Shown here: positions 25,717 through 34,596 of the stretch, piece by piece
Layout of the letters: each line of letters begins with the position of its first letter
How positions within the stretch are numbered: position 1 is the first letter of the stretch
NCBI GenBank assembly: GCA_026125285.1
Contig: JAHCLO010000003.1
Span: 40,661-104,660 of the forward strand
Source: Verrucomicrobiia bacterium
GTDB taxonomy: Bacteria; Verrucomicrobiota; Verrucomicrobiia; Limisphaerales; JADLHS01
Length of the DNA stretch: 64,000 nt
Reading direction: 5' to 3'
Made by a program: the position numbers and the translations under genes
The notes under the pieces: model-generated
Databases searched by the model: none
What the model saw: the letters and a program-made list of their open reading frames with translations, nothing else
What the model was told of the DNA's origin: nothing

Positions 25717-27069
25717 ATGAATTCCGAACGAACCTTCGCCCTGTTGCGCGACTACGAATCGCGAAACGTTACGTTGCTTGATCCGGACGGATCGTGGCCC
25801 ATCGTGTGGGAATGCGCGAAGGGAGTTCACGTCTGGGACGCGCAGGGGAAAAAGTATCTCGACCTCACGGCGGCGTTCGGTGTGGCGGCGGCGGGCCACG
25901 CGAATCCACGCGTCGTCCGCGCCGGGCAGCGGCAGATGGCAAAGCTGCTCCACGCAATGGGCGACGTGCATCCGCACGCGCTCAAGGCACAACTGGCCCG
26001 GGAGTTGAGCCGGATCACGTTCGAGCGTTGGTCACGCATCACTCATCACGCATCACGAGTCAGCGGCAAGACAATCTTCTGCAACTCCGGTTTCGAGGCC
26101 GTGGAAGCCGCTCTCAAAACCGCGCTGCTGGCCACCGGCAAGCGTGGCGTCATTGCGTTCGAGGGTGCTTATCATGGTTTGGGCTACGGCGCGTTGAACG
26201 CCACGCATCGCGACCACTTTCGCGGAGCGTTCCGCTCGCAACTGCGCGAGTTCGGACATTTCGTTCCTTTTCCTGTAGCAGCCGACGGGAGTCGGCTCCA
26301 ATCAAAGTCCGGGAAAAAGAATGAGCCGACTCACGTCGGCTGCCACGAAGTCGTGAAACGAATCCGCCGGATTCTCAGTCGTGAAAAGATCGGCGCGATG
26401 CTCGTCGAGCCGGTTCAGGCGCGGGGCGGCATCAACGTTCCGCCGCCAGAATTTCTGCCCTTGTTGCGCAGCCTCTGCGACGAGCACGGCGCGTTGCTCA
26501 TCCTCGACGAGATTTACACCGGCTTCGGCCGGACGGGAAAGTGGTTCGCGTGCGAGCATAGCCGCGTCATGCCGGACCTCGTTTGCCTGGGCAAGGCGCT
26601 TACCGGTGGCTTCCCGCTGTCCGCGTGTGTGGGACGCGCCGATGTGATGGACGCCGCGTGGCCGGTGTCGCAAGGCGAGGCCATTCACACCAGCACATTC
26701 CTCGGGCATCCCGTCGGTTGCGCGATGGCGCTGGCACAAATCGCCGAAGTCCGCCGGCTGAAACTTTGGCAGCGCAGCGCGAGATTGGGAAAACTCTTGT
26801 TGGCCGAACTTCAATCCGCCGTCGGCCATCGGCCATCGGTCGTGAGCGCGCGCGGTCTGGGGCTGATGGCTGGCTTGGAGTTGCGGCGCGCGGACGGTTC
26901 GCCGGCCACGGCCGAGTCGCTGCGCCTTATCAAAGCCATGCTGCGCCGCGGTTATATTCTGCTGCCCGAAGGTGAGCATGCGAACGTGATCAGCTTCACC
27001 CCCCCGCTGACGATTTCCGAGCCACAGTTGCGGCGGACGGTGGCAACGCTCGAAGAGGTGCTGTCATGA
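25717..27069 (+). CDS. class III PLP-dependent aminotransferase (substrate unknown)
   Basis: 450 aa; IFCNSGFEAVEAALK, LILDEIYTGFGRTGKWF, CLGKALTGGFP; carries two repeat-derived insertions (see findings). Confidence 0.8.
   Translation: MNSERTFALLRDYESRNVTLLDPDGSWPIVWECAKGVHVWDAQGKKYLDLTAAFGVAAAGHANPRVVRAGQRQMAKLLHAMGDVHPHALKAQLARELSRITFERWSRITHHASRVSGKTIFCNSGFEAVEAALKTALLATGKRGVIAFEGAYHGLGYGALNATHRDHFRGAFRSQLREFGHFVPFPVAADGSRLQSKSGKKNEPTHVGCHEVVKRIRRILSREKIGAMLVEPVQARGGINVPPPEFLPLLRSLCDEHGALLILDEIYTGFGRTGKWFACEHSRVMPDLVCLGKALTGGFPLSACVGRADVMDAAWPVSQGEAIHTSTFLGHPVGCAMALAQIAEVRRLKLWQRSARLGKLLLAELQSAVGHRPSVVSARGLGLMAGLELRRADGSPATAESLRLIKAMLRRGYILLPEGEHANVISFTPPLTISEPQLRRTVATLEEVLS
26278..26343 (+). 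repeat. in-frame 66-nt insertion of two GCCGAC-N4-GTCGGC hairpin units inside aminotransferase CDS
   Basis: gcaGCCGACgggaGTCGGCtc (26278-26298) and gaGCCGACtcacGTCGGCtgc (26323-26343); arms 20/21 complementary; encodes AADGSRLQSKSGKKNEPTHVGC. Confidence 0.75.
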
Positions 27070-28064
27070 AGCTCTCAGAAATGCGCGCCGTGCTGGCCGA
27101 ACGCGGGATTCAACTCACGAAATCCCTGGGGCAAAACTTTCTGCACGACGCGCAGCAACTCGGGCGCATCGTGACGGCGGCGGAGCTAAAGCCGACAGAT
27201 AAGGTGCTGGAAATCGGTCCGGGTCTGGGGCCGTTGACGGAGCTACTGCTGGCGCAAGCCGGGCACGTGTTGGCGATCGAGAAAGACGCCCGGTTGGTGG
27301 CGGTGTTGCGGGAACGATTTGGTTCGTCGCTCGCCCTCACCCCGGCCCTCTCCCCCGGGGAGAGGGGGAACGAGGCGCAGGTCAATCTGATGCCAGCATC
27401 CAACTCTGAACAGCACGCAAAACAGCGACTCCCTCTCCTTGGGGAGAGGGCCGGGGTGAGGGAGGACGTTGAGCCGAAATCCGAAATCCGAAGTCCGAAA
27501 TGGGAATTGCTGCACGCCGACGCGCTGGACTTTTTGCGGCGGGAGGCGCGGGATTGGAGCGATTGGAAACTCGTGGCCAATCTGCCGTACTCCGTGGCGT
27601 CTCCGATTCTGGTGGAACTGGCGCTGACCCCGAAACGCCCCGAACGCATGGTGGTGACGTTGCAACTGGAAGTGGCGCAGCGCTTGATGGCCGGCACGGA
27701 CAACGACGATTACGGCGTGCTGACGCTGTTGGTGCAACTTGATTACGAACCGCGCGGCTGGTTCAAGATTCCGGCGGTTTGTTTTTTTCCCGTGCCGGAC
27801 GTGGGCTCGGCGTGCGTCACACTCGTCCGCCGCGCGCAGCCGTTGCTGCCAGAGACGCACCGGGCCGCGTTCGTGAAGATCGTGAAACGCGCGTTCTCGC
27901 AACGACGGAAAATGATGCTCAAGCTCCTGAAACAAGATTGGACGGCGGAGGCGCTCGAACCCGCGTTTGCAGAGCTGCAAATCTCACCGCAGGAGCGCGC
28001 GGAAAAGTTGAGCTTGGAACAATTCGTTGACCTGACTCATCATCTGGTGTCGCCGCACGAATGA
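27066..28064 (+). CDS. rsmA: 16S rRNA (adenine1518/1519-N6)-dimethyltransferase with ~60-aa repeat-derived insertion
   Basis: LTKSLGQNFLHD, VLEIGPGLGPLTELL, NLPYSVASPIL, RRKM motifs of KsgA/RsmA; 332 aa versus the usual ~260-290. Confidence 0.85.
   Translation: MKLSEMRAVLAERGIQLTKSLGQNFLHDAQQLGRIVTAAELKPTDKVLEIGPGLGPLTELLLAQAGHVLAIEKDARLVAVLRERFGSSLALTPALSPGERGNEAQVNLMPASNSEQHAKQRLPLLGERAGVREDVEPKSEIRSPKWELLHADALDFLRREARDWSDWKLVANLPYSVASPILVELALTPKRPERMVVTLQLEVAQRLMAGTDNDDYGVLTLLVQLDYEPRGWFKIPAVCFFPVPDVGSACVTLVRRAQPLLPETHRAAFVKIVKRAFSQRRKMMLKLLKQDWTAEALEPAFAELQISPQERAEKLSLEQFVDLTHHLVSPHE
27334..27501 (+). repeat. palindromic element plus CCGAAAT heptamer tract inserted in-frame in rsmA
   Basis: Perfect 22-nt inverted repeat ccctcaccccggccctctcccc (27334-27355) / ggggagagggccggggtgaggg (27441-27462), 85 nt apart; followed by ccgaaat ccgaaat ccgaagt ccgaaat (27474-27501). 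Confidence 0.8.
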
Positions 28065-28891
28065 AACGTCCCAAGACGCCAAAACAACCGCTGCTGCCCG
28101 GCGCCGGAAAGCTCAGTCTCGGCCCACGACCGGCCCGGCGGTATTTGGAAGCCGTGCGTTTGGAACGCGAGGCGGTGTCTGACTTCGACCAATACCCCTT
28201 CTCGATTCCAAGCATCCGGCATCTAACCCGATTGGAATTTCATCCGGCGGTGACGTTCTTTATCGGTGAAAACGGTTCCGGCAAATCCACGTTGCTGGAA
28301 GCGATCGCGGTCAAAGCGGGTTTCAGCGCCGAGGGCGGGGACAGGCAATTGCAGTTCGGCACGCATGACACCCATTCGCCGCTGCACAACTGCCTGCGAC
28401 TCGAGCGGAGTCTGGGGCGACCTACGGACGGCTTCTTTCTTCGCGCGGAGAGCTTTTACAACGTGGCGAGCGCGCTGGAGGCAATGGGTTCGTCTTTTCA
28501 CGCCTACGGGGGCAAGTCACTCCACAAGCAGTCTCACGGCGAATCATTTCTAGCGGTGCTGAAGGAACGCTTGCAAGGTGGCGGGGTGTATCTCTTCGAT
28601 GAGCCGGAAGCCGCGCTTTCCCCCCAGCGACAATTGAGCGTGCTCACGCTCATGCACCGGCTGGTACATCATCAGTCCCAGTTGGTCATTGCGACCCACT
28701 CGCCGATCCTGCTTGCGTATCCGAACGCCCGCATATTTCAGTTCGAGGAATGGGGGATTTCCGAAGTTAACTACACGGATACGGAGCACTTCTTGATCAC
28801 GCGGGATTTCCTGAACCGTCATGAGCGAATGTTGGAAATTCTACTCGACGCCGAGGACGCGGACTTGGAAGCAACCAAATGGAAGTTATGA
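28061..28891 (+). CDS. ABC-type/AAA ATPase-fold protein, function unknown
   Basis: Walker A FFIGENGSGKSTLLEAI, Q-loop/signature-like SHGESF, Walker B VYLFDEPEAALSP, H-loop IATHSPILL; ATGA overlap with rsmA stop. Confidence 0.7.
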   Translation: MKRPKTPKQPLLPGAGKLSLGPRPARRYLEAVRLEREAVSDFDQYPFSIPSIRHLTRLEFHPAVTFFIGENGSGKSTLLEAIAVKAGFSAEGGDRQLQFGTHDTHSPLHNCLRLERSLGRPTDGFFLRAESFYNVASALEAMGSSFHAYGGKSLHKQSHGESFLAVLKERLQGGGVYLFDEPEAALSPQRQLSVLTLMHRLVHHQSQLVIATHSPILLAYPNARIFQFEEWGISEVNYTDTEHFLITRDFLNRHERMLEILLDAEDADLEATKWKL

Positions 28892-29406
28892 GCGAAGATA
28901 TTTTCGATGTCGTCAATGAGCACGATGAAGTGATTGATCAGCAGCCGCGGAGCGAGGTCCACGCGCGGGGGCTGTTGCATCGCGCAACGCACGTGCTGGT
29001 GTTCAATGCGCGCGGCGAGGTGTTTCTCCAGAAGCGTTCGCTGAAGAAGGATCGCCAGCCCGGCGTGTGGGATTCGTCGGCGTCCGGCCACGTGGATGCG
29101 GGCGAAGCGTACGACGCCTGCGCCGTGCGGGAGTTGCGCGAGGAAATCGGCCTGCAACTCGAACAGCCGCCGGAGCGATTGTTCAAACTCGAAGCGAGCG
29201 AAGAGACCGATCAGGAATTCATGTGGGTCTATCGCTGTGAGGCTGAAGGGCCGTTTACCTTGCAGCCCGAGGAAATTGACGAGGGCCGCTGGATCACGCC
29301 AGCGCAATTGACGCGCTGGATGAACGAGCGTCCCCAGGACTTTGCCAGCGCGCTGTTGTGCATTTGGCGACGGGTGGGCCATTTGCCTGGATGCGGGGTT
29401 GCTTGA
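28879..29406 (+). CDS. NUDIX hydrolase (Idi/YfcD-like)
   Basis: Nudix box GHVDAGEAYDACAVRELREEIGL; 175 aa; overlaps the ATPase gene by 13 nt. Confidence 0.8.
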   Translation: MEVMSEDIFDVVNEHDEVIDQQPRSEVHARGLLHRATHVLVFNARGEVFLQKRSLKKDRQPGVWDSSASGHVDAGEAYDACAVRELREEIGLQLEQPPERLFKLEASEETDQEFMWVYRCEAEGPFTLQPEEIDEGRWITPAQLTRWMNERPQDFASALLCIWRRVGHLPGCGVA

Positions 29407-29455
29407 CGCGCTGCGTGGCATTGACTAGCTTGCGGCATCGCTGGAACAAGCATTT

Positions 29456-30085
29456 ATGAATAACTTTTTAGTGCCGATCGTAGTGGAGCAAACCGGGCGC
29501 GGGGAGCGCAGTTGGGATATTTACTCGCGGCTGCTCGTGGACCGCATCATCTTCCTGGGCACGCCGGTGGACGACACAGTTTCCAATATCATCATCGCGC
29601 AACTGCTCTTCCTCCAGATGACCGACGCGAAGAAGGACGTGCATCTGTACATCAATTCGCCCGGCGGCAGCGTGACCGCGGGCCTGGCGATTTACGACAC
29701 CATGCAGTTTCTCACCTGCGACGTGAACACCTATTGCATCGGGCAGGCGGCGAGCATGGGCGCGGTGCTGCTGGCGGCCGGGACGAAGGGCAAACGTTAT
29801 GCGCTGCCGAACGCGCGCATCATGATTCACCAACCTTGGGGCGGCGTGCAGGGCCAGGCCACGGACATCAGCATCCAAGCCAAGGAAATCCTGCGGCTCA
29901 AGGATCGCCTCAATGAGATTCTCGGCAAACACTGCGGGCGCACCGCCGAAGACCTGACACGCGATACGGATCGCGACAATTTCATGAGCGCCGAGGAGGC
30001 GCAGAAATACGGCCTGGTGGATCAAGTGGTCCAGTCCCGGAAAGAAATCAGCACCCTCGCGGAAAAAAGTTCGGTGAGCATTTAA
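29456..30085 (+). CDS. clpP: ATP-dependent Clp protease proteolytic subunit
   Basis: [53 protein letters not shown]. Confidence 0.95.
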   Translation: MNNFLVPIVVEQTGRGERSWDIYSRLLVDRIIFLGTPVDDTVSNIIIAQLLFLQMTDAKKDVHLYINSPGGSVTAGLAIYDTMQFLTCDVNTYCIGQAASMGAVLLAAGTKGKRYALPNARIMIHQPWGGVQGQATDISIQAKEILRLKDRLNEILGKHCGRTAEDLTRDTDRDNFMSAEEAQKYGLVDQVVQSRKEISTLAEKSSVSI

Positions 30086-30149
30086 GGGCAACCGCCGGGC
30101 AGCCGCGACGGAAGAATCGCAACCTGAAATCCCCTGATCGAGAGATTAT

Positions 30150-31451
30150 ATGGCACGTCCTTCTCACATTACGATGTGCAGCTTCTGCGGCAAGTCGCAC
30201 TCCGATGTGCGGAAGCTCATCGCCGGGCCGGGGGTTTACATTTGCGATAACTGCATCATTCTCTGCAAGAATGTTCTCGACCGAGAACTTCAGTTGCAGA
30301 CCCGCCGGCATCATCCAAGACTCACGGTGCCGCGTCCCGCCGAGATCAAACGCCAGCTTGACCTGCATTGCGTCGGTCAGGACCAGGCGAAAAAGACGCT
30401 CGCGGTGGCCGTGCATAACCACTATAAGCGCATCCAGCAGGAATCCTCGGCCCCGGAAGAAGGCGGCACGCCCGACCGGCCCGCGGCGGAGAGACGGCCC
30501 CACGCCGAAGTGGAGATCGAGAAGAGCAATATTCTCATGATTGGGCCGACCGGCTCGGGCAAGACCTTGCTGGCGCGCTCCCTCGCCCGGATTCTGGAAG
30601 TGCCTTTTGCCATGGCCGACGCCACCACCCTTACCGAGGCTGGGTACGTGGGCGAGGACGTGGAGAACATTATCTTGCGCCTGCTGCAAAACGCGGATTA
30701 CGACGTCAAGCGCGCCCAGCGCGGGATCATTTACATTGACGAGATTGACAAGATCACGCGCAAGTCGGAAGGCCCCTCCATTACCCGGGACGTCTCGGGC
30801 GAAGGCGTGCAGCAGGCGTTGCTGAAAATTCTGGAAGGTACGGTCTGCAATGTGCCGCCGCAGGGCGGGCGGAAGCACCCACAGCAGGAGTACATCCGGG
30901 TGGACACTTCTCACATCCTGTTCATCTGCGGCGGAGCCTTCGTGGGCATGGAAAAGATCATCCACCGGCGGCTCGGCCGGAATGTGATGGGATTCGGCGC
31001 CGTGGAAGAATCCAGCCGTGCCGCCACCGTGGCCCGCGATCAAATCCTGCAACAAGTCGAGCCGGAGGATCTGCTGGGGTTCGGATTCATTCCTGAATTC
31101 ATCGGGCGACTGCCGGTGATGACCACGTTGGCCGAATTGACGGAAGACCAGTTGGTTTCGATTTTGACCGATCCCAAAAACGCCTTGACCAAGCAGTATG
31201 CCAAGTTGCTGGCAATGGAGGGCGCGGACCTGGAGTTTTCACCCGAAGCACTTCGCGAACTCGCCGCGCAAGCCATGAAGAAGGGCACGGGCGCGCGGGC
31301 GTTGCGCGGTCTGATCGAGAGGTTGATGCTCGACGTGATGTACGACGTACCTGAGAGCGGCGATATCCTGAACATTAAGATCACCAGGCCGGTTGTGCTG
31401 GGCGAGAGCAAGCCGATTATTCGGCGGAAACAGGATCAAGCGGCGGCGTGA
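30150..31451 (+). CDS. clpX: ATP-dependent Clp protease ATP-binding subunit ClpX
   Basis: Zinc-finger CSFCGKS...CDNC, Walker [28 protein letters not shown] sensor region. Confidence 0.95.
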   Translation: MARPSHITMCSFCGKSHSDVRKLIAGPGVYICDNCIILCKNVLDRELQLQTRRHHPRLTVPRPAEIKRQLDLHCVGQDQAKKTLAVAVHNHYKRIQQESSAPEEGGTPDRPAAERRPHAEVEIEKSNILMIGPTGSGKTLLARSLARILEVPFAMADATTLTEAGYVGEDVENIILRLLQNADYDVKRAQRGIIYIDEIDKITRKSEGPSITRDVSGEGVQQALLKILEGTVCNVPPQGGRKHPQQEYIRVDTSHILFICGGAFVGMEKIIHRRLGRNVMGFGAVEESSRAATVARDQILQQVEPEDLLGFGFIPEFIGRLPVMTTLAELTEDQLVSILTDPKNALTKQYAKLLAMEGADLEFSPEALRELAAQAMKKGTGARALRGLIERLMLDVMYDVPESGDILNIKITRPVVLGESKPIIRRKQDQAAA

Positions 31452-31581
31452 GAGAACTGACGTCAGCGGGACAAACTTGCGGCTCGAACAGTAAGTAATG
31501 CCTCGCCTGGCTGGCCCGCCGGTTCGCGAAGCGGTTGGAGGCTGCAAGTGAGGACTCCCTGACCACGAGCGGGCTGGGAAT

Positions 31582-32067
31582 TCAATCCCGGAAATTCACG
31601 AATTGCACCGGCACGGGAAACTCCTTTGCCCGCACCGCGGCAATCACCGCCTGCAATTCGTCCCGGCTCTTGCCGGTGACGCGCACTTCGTCGCCTTGAA
31701 TCTGGGCCGTTACCTTGGATTTGCCGTCGCGGATGAAACCGGTGATCTGCTTGGCGACGGTGGACTCGATACCTTGCTTGATTTTGATGACCTGACGCCC
31801 GTGGCCCAGCGGCGAGATTTCCGGCTCGGCCTTCTCAACGCTCTTGAGACTGATGCCGCGCTTGGCGAGCCGGCCCAGGATCATGTCTGCCAGCGTGCGG
31901 AGTTTGAACTGGTCCTCGGCGGCGAGTTTGATTTCGCTTTTGTCGAGGGTGATGGATGCGGTGCTGCCCTTGAAATCGAAGCGGGTGGCCAGTTCTTTCC
32001 GGGCCTGGTTGACGGCGTTCTCGATTTCCATCGAGTTCACTTTGGAGACAATATCAAACGAAGGCAT
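31582..32067 (-). CDS. yajQ: YajQ-family nucleotide-binding protein (UPF0234)
   Basis: Start trimmed to MPSFDIVSKVNSMEIENAVNQARKELATRFDFKGS (ATG rc of 32065-32067); 161 aa. Confidence 0.85.
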   Translation of the reverse strand: MPSFDIVSKVNSMEIENAVNQARKELATRFDFKGSTASITLDKSEIKLAAEDQFKLRTLADMILGRLAKRGISLKSVEKAEPEISPLGHGRQVIKIKQGIESTVAKQITGFIRDGKSKVTAQIQGDEVRVTGKSRDELQAVIAAVRAKEFPVPVQFVNFRD

Positions 32068-32272
32068 GGGTGCAGGATAGATCGAGCACGAACCAAGGAA
32101 AGGCGGAATTTGATGGCGACCGAGCACTGAGAGGCGAGACGGGGGGCAAAGGAAAAGTTGGCGCAGGAAAGTCGCTTTACTTGGGGACGGAACTTCCTAC
32201 CTTGTTCCTCAGGGAACGCCGTTGTGGCGCAGTAATTTTTGAATTTGAATCCATGCCGAACTCCTTGGCGCA

Positions 32273-32431
32273 ATGAACCGACTGGCAATTATTAAAGAGT
32301 TTTTGACGTTTCTACGTGAGCGCAAGAGATGGTGGATTGCGCCGATCGTCATTTTCCTGCTGGTGCTGGGTGTGGTGTTGGTATTGGCCAAGGGTTCGCC
32401 CCTGGCGCCGTTCATCTACAGTTTGTTTTAG
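32273..32431 (+). CDS. DUF5989-family small membrane protein (52 aa)
   Basis: Below the ORF-track size cutoff; own translation MNRLAIIKEFLTFLRERKRWWIAPIVIFLLVLGVVLVLAKGSPLAPFIYSLF*; matches the remembered DUF5989 pattern (...EFxxFLRxRKKWWLxPI...LAPFIYxLF). Confidence 0.7.
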   Translation: MNRLAIIKEFLTFLRERKRWWIAPIVIFLLVLGVVLVLAKGSPLAPFIYSLF

Positions 32432-32515
32432 GGAACCCACGCGCGGATTCGGCTTCTCGGTGATGGGATCCGGCCTCGCGCGAGGTTTTTGACCCGTAAT
32501 GATTGTCGACGTCTT

Positions 32516-34417
32516 ATGAACCGAGAAGCTGCGGATCGTTGGTGTGAACGCGGCATTCTGGGTCTGGTGCTGGCCATTCTGATGTTTGGCCCGCTGGCAA
32601 CGGGCGCCGTCGGACGATGGGAATTCCTGGTGATCCAGGGGCTGACGCTTGGGGTGCTGTTGCTCTGGGGAGTGCGGCTGTGGATGAGTCGCCGGCCACA
32701 AATCCTCTGGCCACCCATCTGCTGGTTCGTGGTGGCATTCACGGCGTACGCCATCGGGCGCTACTTGACGTGTGACATCGAGTACATCGGGCGAAAAGAA
32801 CTCCTCCGGGTGGTGGTCTATGCCATTTTGTTTTTCGCCATCCTGAACAACCTGCATCGGCAGGAATCCACGCAGGTCATCAGTTTCACCATGATATTTC
32901 TGGCGCTGGGCCTCTCGCTTTACGCCAGCTACCAGTTTCTATCCGGCTCGGATCGCATCTGGAATTTCGCCGCCTTTTACAAAGGGCGTGCTTCGGGAAC
33001 GTATATTTCACCGAATCACCTGGCCGGATTCCTGGAGATGCTGCTTCCGCTGGCGCTGGCTTACACCCTGGCGGGCCGGGGGAAACCAGTGGTGAAGGTA
33101 TTTCTAGGTTATGCCGCGTTGATGATGGTCGCGGGGATTGGTGTGACGTTGTCGCGCGGAGGGTGGGTGTCTGCCGGGGTGGCGCTGATCGTACTTTTCG
33201 GGGTGCTGGTCTTGCATCGGAATTATCGGCTGCCGGCATTGATCTTGATGGTGCTTCTAATCGGCGCCGGATCATTCCTGCTGTTCAAAACCGATCAACT
33301 CACCGCACGCATCCAGGCAGGGATGGAAGCAGGGAAGAATTTTGAAGTAAACACGCGTTACGAGTTGTGGAATGCGGCGTTTCGGATGTGGCGGGAGCAT
33401 GTCTGGTTGGGTGTGGGTCCTGGACACTTTGACCATCGGTTTGGGGAATTTCGCCCGGAGGCGGTGCAGCGTCGGCCGCAGCGGGTTCATAATGAATACC
33501 TCAATACGCTGGTGGACTGGGGGGTGGTCGGTGCGGGGATTGTCGCGCTGGCTTTGGGCGCATTGTTTGTTGGTTTAGTGCGAACCTGGAAACATGTCCG
33601 CAAACCGGAAAGAGAATTCCGATCGAATCACAGCAACAAGTTTGCGTTCGTAATTGGGGCGGCGGCCGGGCTGCTGGCGCTGGTGATTCATTCGGTTGTG
33701 GAATTCAATCTGCAGATTCCCGCCAACGCCATTCTCGCGGTCAGTCTCATGGCGCTGCTTTCGAGCCATTTGCGCTTTGCCACGGAGCGATACTGGGTAG
33801 GACTTGGAACACCGGGTAAACTGCTGGGCACCGGCGCATTGCTGGTGGCGTTCGCGTGGCTGAGTCACCAGGAAGTCCGGTTGAGCCGGGAATACGCCCG
33901 GCTGCAGCAAGCGCATAGCGTTCCGTTCCTTTCTGACGCATGGTTTGCGGCGATGGAAAGTGCCGCCAGCATTGAACCATCCAACTTTGAAACCAGCTAC
34001 GCCATTGGGGAGGCCTTCCGGCTGCGGAGTTTTGAAGGGGGCGAGGATTACGAAGAGTTGGCCACCCAGGCCATGACGTGGTTCGCCCGCGGCATGAGGA
34101 CCAACCCGTTTGATGGCTACAATCACTTGCGTTATGGGATGTGCTTGAACTGGCTGGATCGCTCGGAGGAGGCGGAGTCGTTCTTCTGGAGGGCCGAAGA
34201 ACTTGACCCGAATGGTTATTTCACCTTGGCTCATGTCGGATGGCATTACCTGCAGACTGGCAATTATGCGGCGGCCAAACCTTGGTTTGAGCGTTCGTTG
34301 AGGCTGCAATGGAAGGATAACGACATGGCAGTAAAAAACTTGGAAGTCATCAATGCGCGAATGTTGGAGGAAGCATCGAAACCAGTGACGATTCCCAAGG
34401 CAAAGCTGCCTGAGTGA
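32516..34417 (+). CDS. O-antigen ligase (Wzy_C)-like polytopic membrane protein with C-terminal TPR domain
   Basis: ~10 TM segments; ...TLSRGGWVSAGVALIVL...YELWNAAFRMWREHVWLGVGPGHF...HNEYLNTLVDWGVVG (Wzy_C/O-antigen-ligase loop); soluble tail with TPR-like YFTLAHVGWHYLQTGNYAAAKPWFERSL. ORF opens at TTG 32489. Confidence 0.75.
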   Translation: MNREAADRWCERGILGLVLAILMFGPLATGAVGRWEFLVIQGLTLGVLLLWGVRLWMSRRPQILWPPICWFVVAFTAYAIGRYLTCDIEYIGRKELLRVVVYAILFFAILNNLHRQESTQVISFTMIFLALGLSLYASYQFLSGSDRIWNFAAFYKGRASGTYISPNHLAGFLEMLLPLALAYTLAGRGKPVVKVFLGYAALMMVAGIGVTLSRGGWVSAGVALIVLFGVLVLHRNYRLPALILMVLLIGAGSFLLFKTDQLTARIQAGMEAGKNFEVNTRYELWNAAFRMWREHVWLGVGPGHFDHRFGEFRPEAVQRRPQRVHNEYLNTLVDWGVVGAGIVALALGALFVGLVRTWKHVRKPEREFRSNHSNKFAFVIGAAAGLLALVIHSVVEFNLQIPANAILAVSLMALLSSHLRFATERYWVGLGTPGKLLGTGALLVAFAWLSHQEVRLSREYARLQQAHSVPFLSDAWFAAMESAASIEPSNFETSYAIGEAFRLRSFEGGEDYEELATQAMTWFARGMRTNPFDGYNHLRYGMCLNWLDRSEEAESFFWRAEELDPNGYFTLAHVGWHYLQTGNYAAAKPWFERSLRLQWKDNDMAVKNLEVINARMLEEASKPVTIPKAKLPE

Positions 34418-34531
34418 ACCTCCAAAACCGGGCAATTTGGCATGTTTCGCTTCATTCCCGGCAAAGGAATCGCGAAGCGGTTAAGTCTTTGTGCCGCCGA
34501 CAGAAGGGGCAGATTTTTTATGAATATTCGG

Positions 34532-34559
34532 TTGACATTCCGCGACACAACCCTAGACT
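34532..34559 (+). promoter_or_regulatory. sigma-70-like promoter candidate for FecR-domain gene
   Basis: TTGACA (34532-34537), 16-nt spacer, TAGACT (34554-34559); 38 nt upstream of ATG 34597. Confidence 0.4.
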
Positions 34560-34596
34560 GGCAGCAGATTAACAACATTGTTGGATCAGGAGCCTT

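Noticed and set aside
25019-27501. Heptamer tracts as contingency (phase-variation) switches
   Set aside because: There are only four imperfect units, located in housekeeping genes where frameshifting would be deleterious. They are reported as repeat-family fragments instead.
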